The notes beneath the pieces are model-generated. The model had not been told where the DNA came from, ran no database searches, and saw nothing but the letters and a program-made list of their open reading frames with translations. A stretch of 47,270 bases of DNA from Fidelibacterota bacterium (lineage in GTDB: Bacteria > Fidelibacterota > Marinisomatia > Marinisomatales > TCS55), in the NCBI GenBank assembly GCA_027251445.1, contig JAPNQO010000113.1:1-47270 (forward strand), given 5' to 3'. Made by a program: the position numbers and the translations under genes. This document shows positions 46,948 to 47,270 of this stretch, piece by piece. The first letter of the stretch is position 1, and every line of letters starts with the position of its first letter.

Positions 46948-47270
46948 ATGAAGAGATATTTTTCTATTATATTAGTATTGTTTTTGGCCACCGAGTCTTT
47001 GCTCTCTCAGTCGCAAACCGCAAAAGGGGTTGGCTATGGATTAACGAAAGATGCTGCAATTGAGCAGGCAAAGCGTGATGCCGTAGAGAATGGATTAGGT
47101 GCTTACATAAGTTCTGAAACGGTTGTGACATCCACTTCTTTAAGTGACAATAGTTATTCAAAAGCTCAAGGATTTGTAAAAAAGTTTGATATAGTTAATG
47201 AGAAAAAAGATCCAGATGGTAATTGGGAGATTACGATATCTGCTGAGGTGACGCAAATGCTTGATCAAGT
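46948..47270 (+). CDS. Secreted protein with FlgT-N/LPP20-like domain (runs off the right edge; absent from the ORF track)
   Basis: Manual translation: MKRYFSIILVLFLATESLLSQSQTAKGVGYGLTKDAAIEQAKRDAVENGLGAYISSETVV...SKAQGFVKKFDIV...WEITISAEV. Confidence 0.7.
   Translation, partial: MKRYFSIILVLFLATESLLSQSQTAKGVGYGLTKDAAIEQAKRDAVENGLGAYISSETVVTSTSLSDNSYSKAQGFVKKFDIVNEKKDPDGNWEITISAEVTQMLDQ

Overview
AT-rich bacterial chromosomal segment (roughly 30% GC by eye). Gene content and style suggest a marine FCB-group organism such as Ca. Marinimicrobia/SAR406; this is inference only. Left to right: a sugar-catabolic cluster (MFS sugar porter, UlaG-like hydrolase, single-barrel MetE-like enzyme, Eda, SDR); a stand-alone Na+-type MotA/MotB pair with a secreted partner; ftsB-eno; a glycan locus; a hairpin-rich mini-operon of two paralogous ~70-aa membrane proteins; a long housekeeping run (amidase, murI, folC, rho, aminotransferase, rpmE2, prfA, prmC, DGGGP-synthase-like UbiA, dnaE, dtd, alkA); a peptidase-propeller-Omp85 fusion; an AT-rich gap with DnaA-box-like motifs; an ABC-2 exporter; ligA; and envelope proteins. 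The top finding is an orphan Cas6 (Cas6b-like RAMP) gene directly downstream of rho, inside the rho-rpmE-prfA-prmC cluster, with no CRISPR array or other cas gene in the window. It appears to lack the Cas6b His motif, has a basic C-terminal tail and probably starts at a non-canonical ATT, so it may be a Cas6 repurposed as a housekeeping RNA-binding protein. I saw no rRNA, tRNA, CRISPR array or mobile element. All family calls come from manual motif recognition; no database searches were run.
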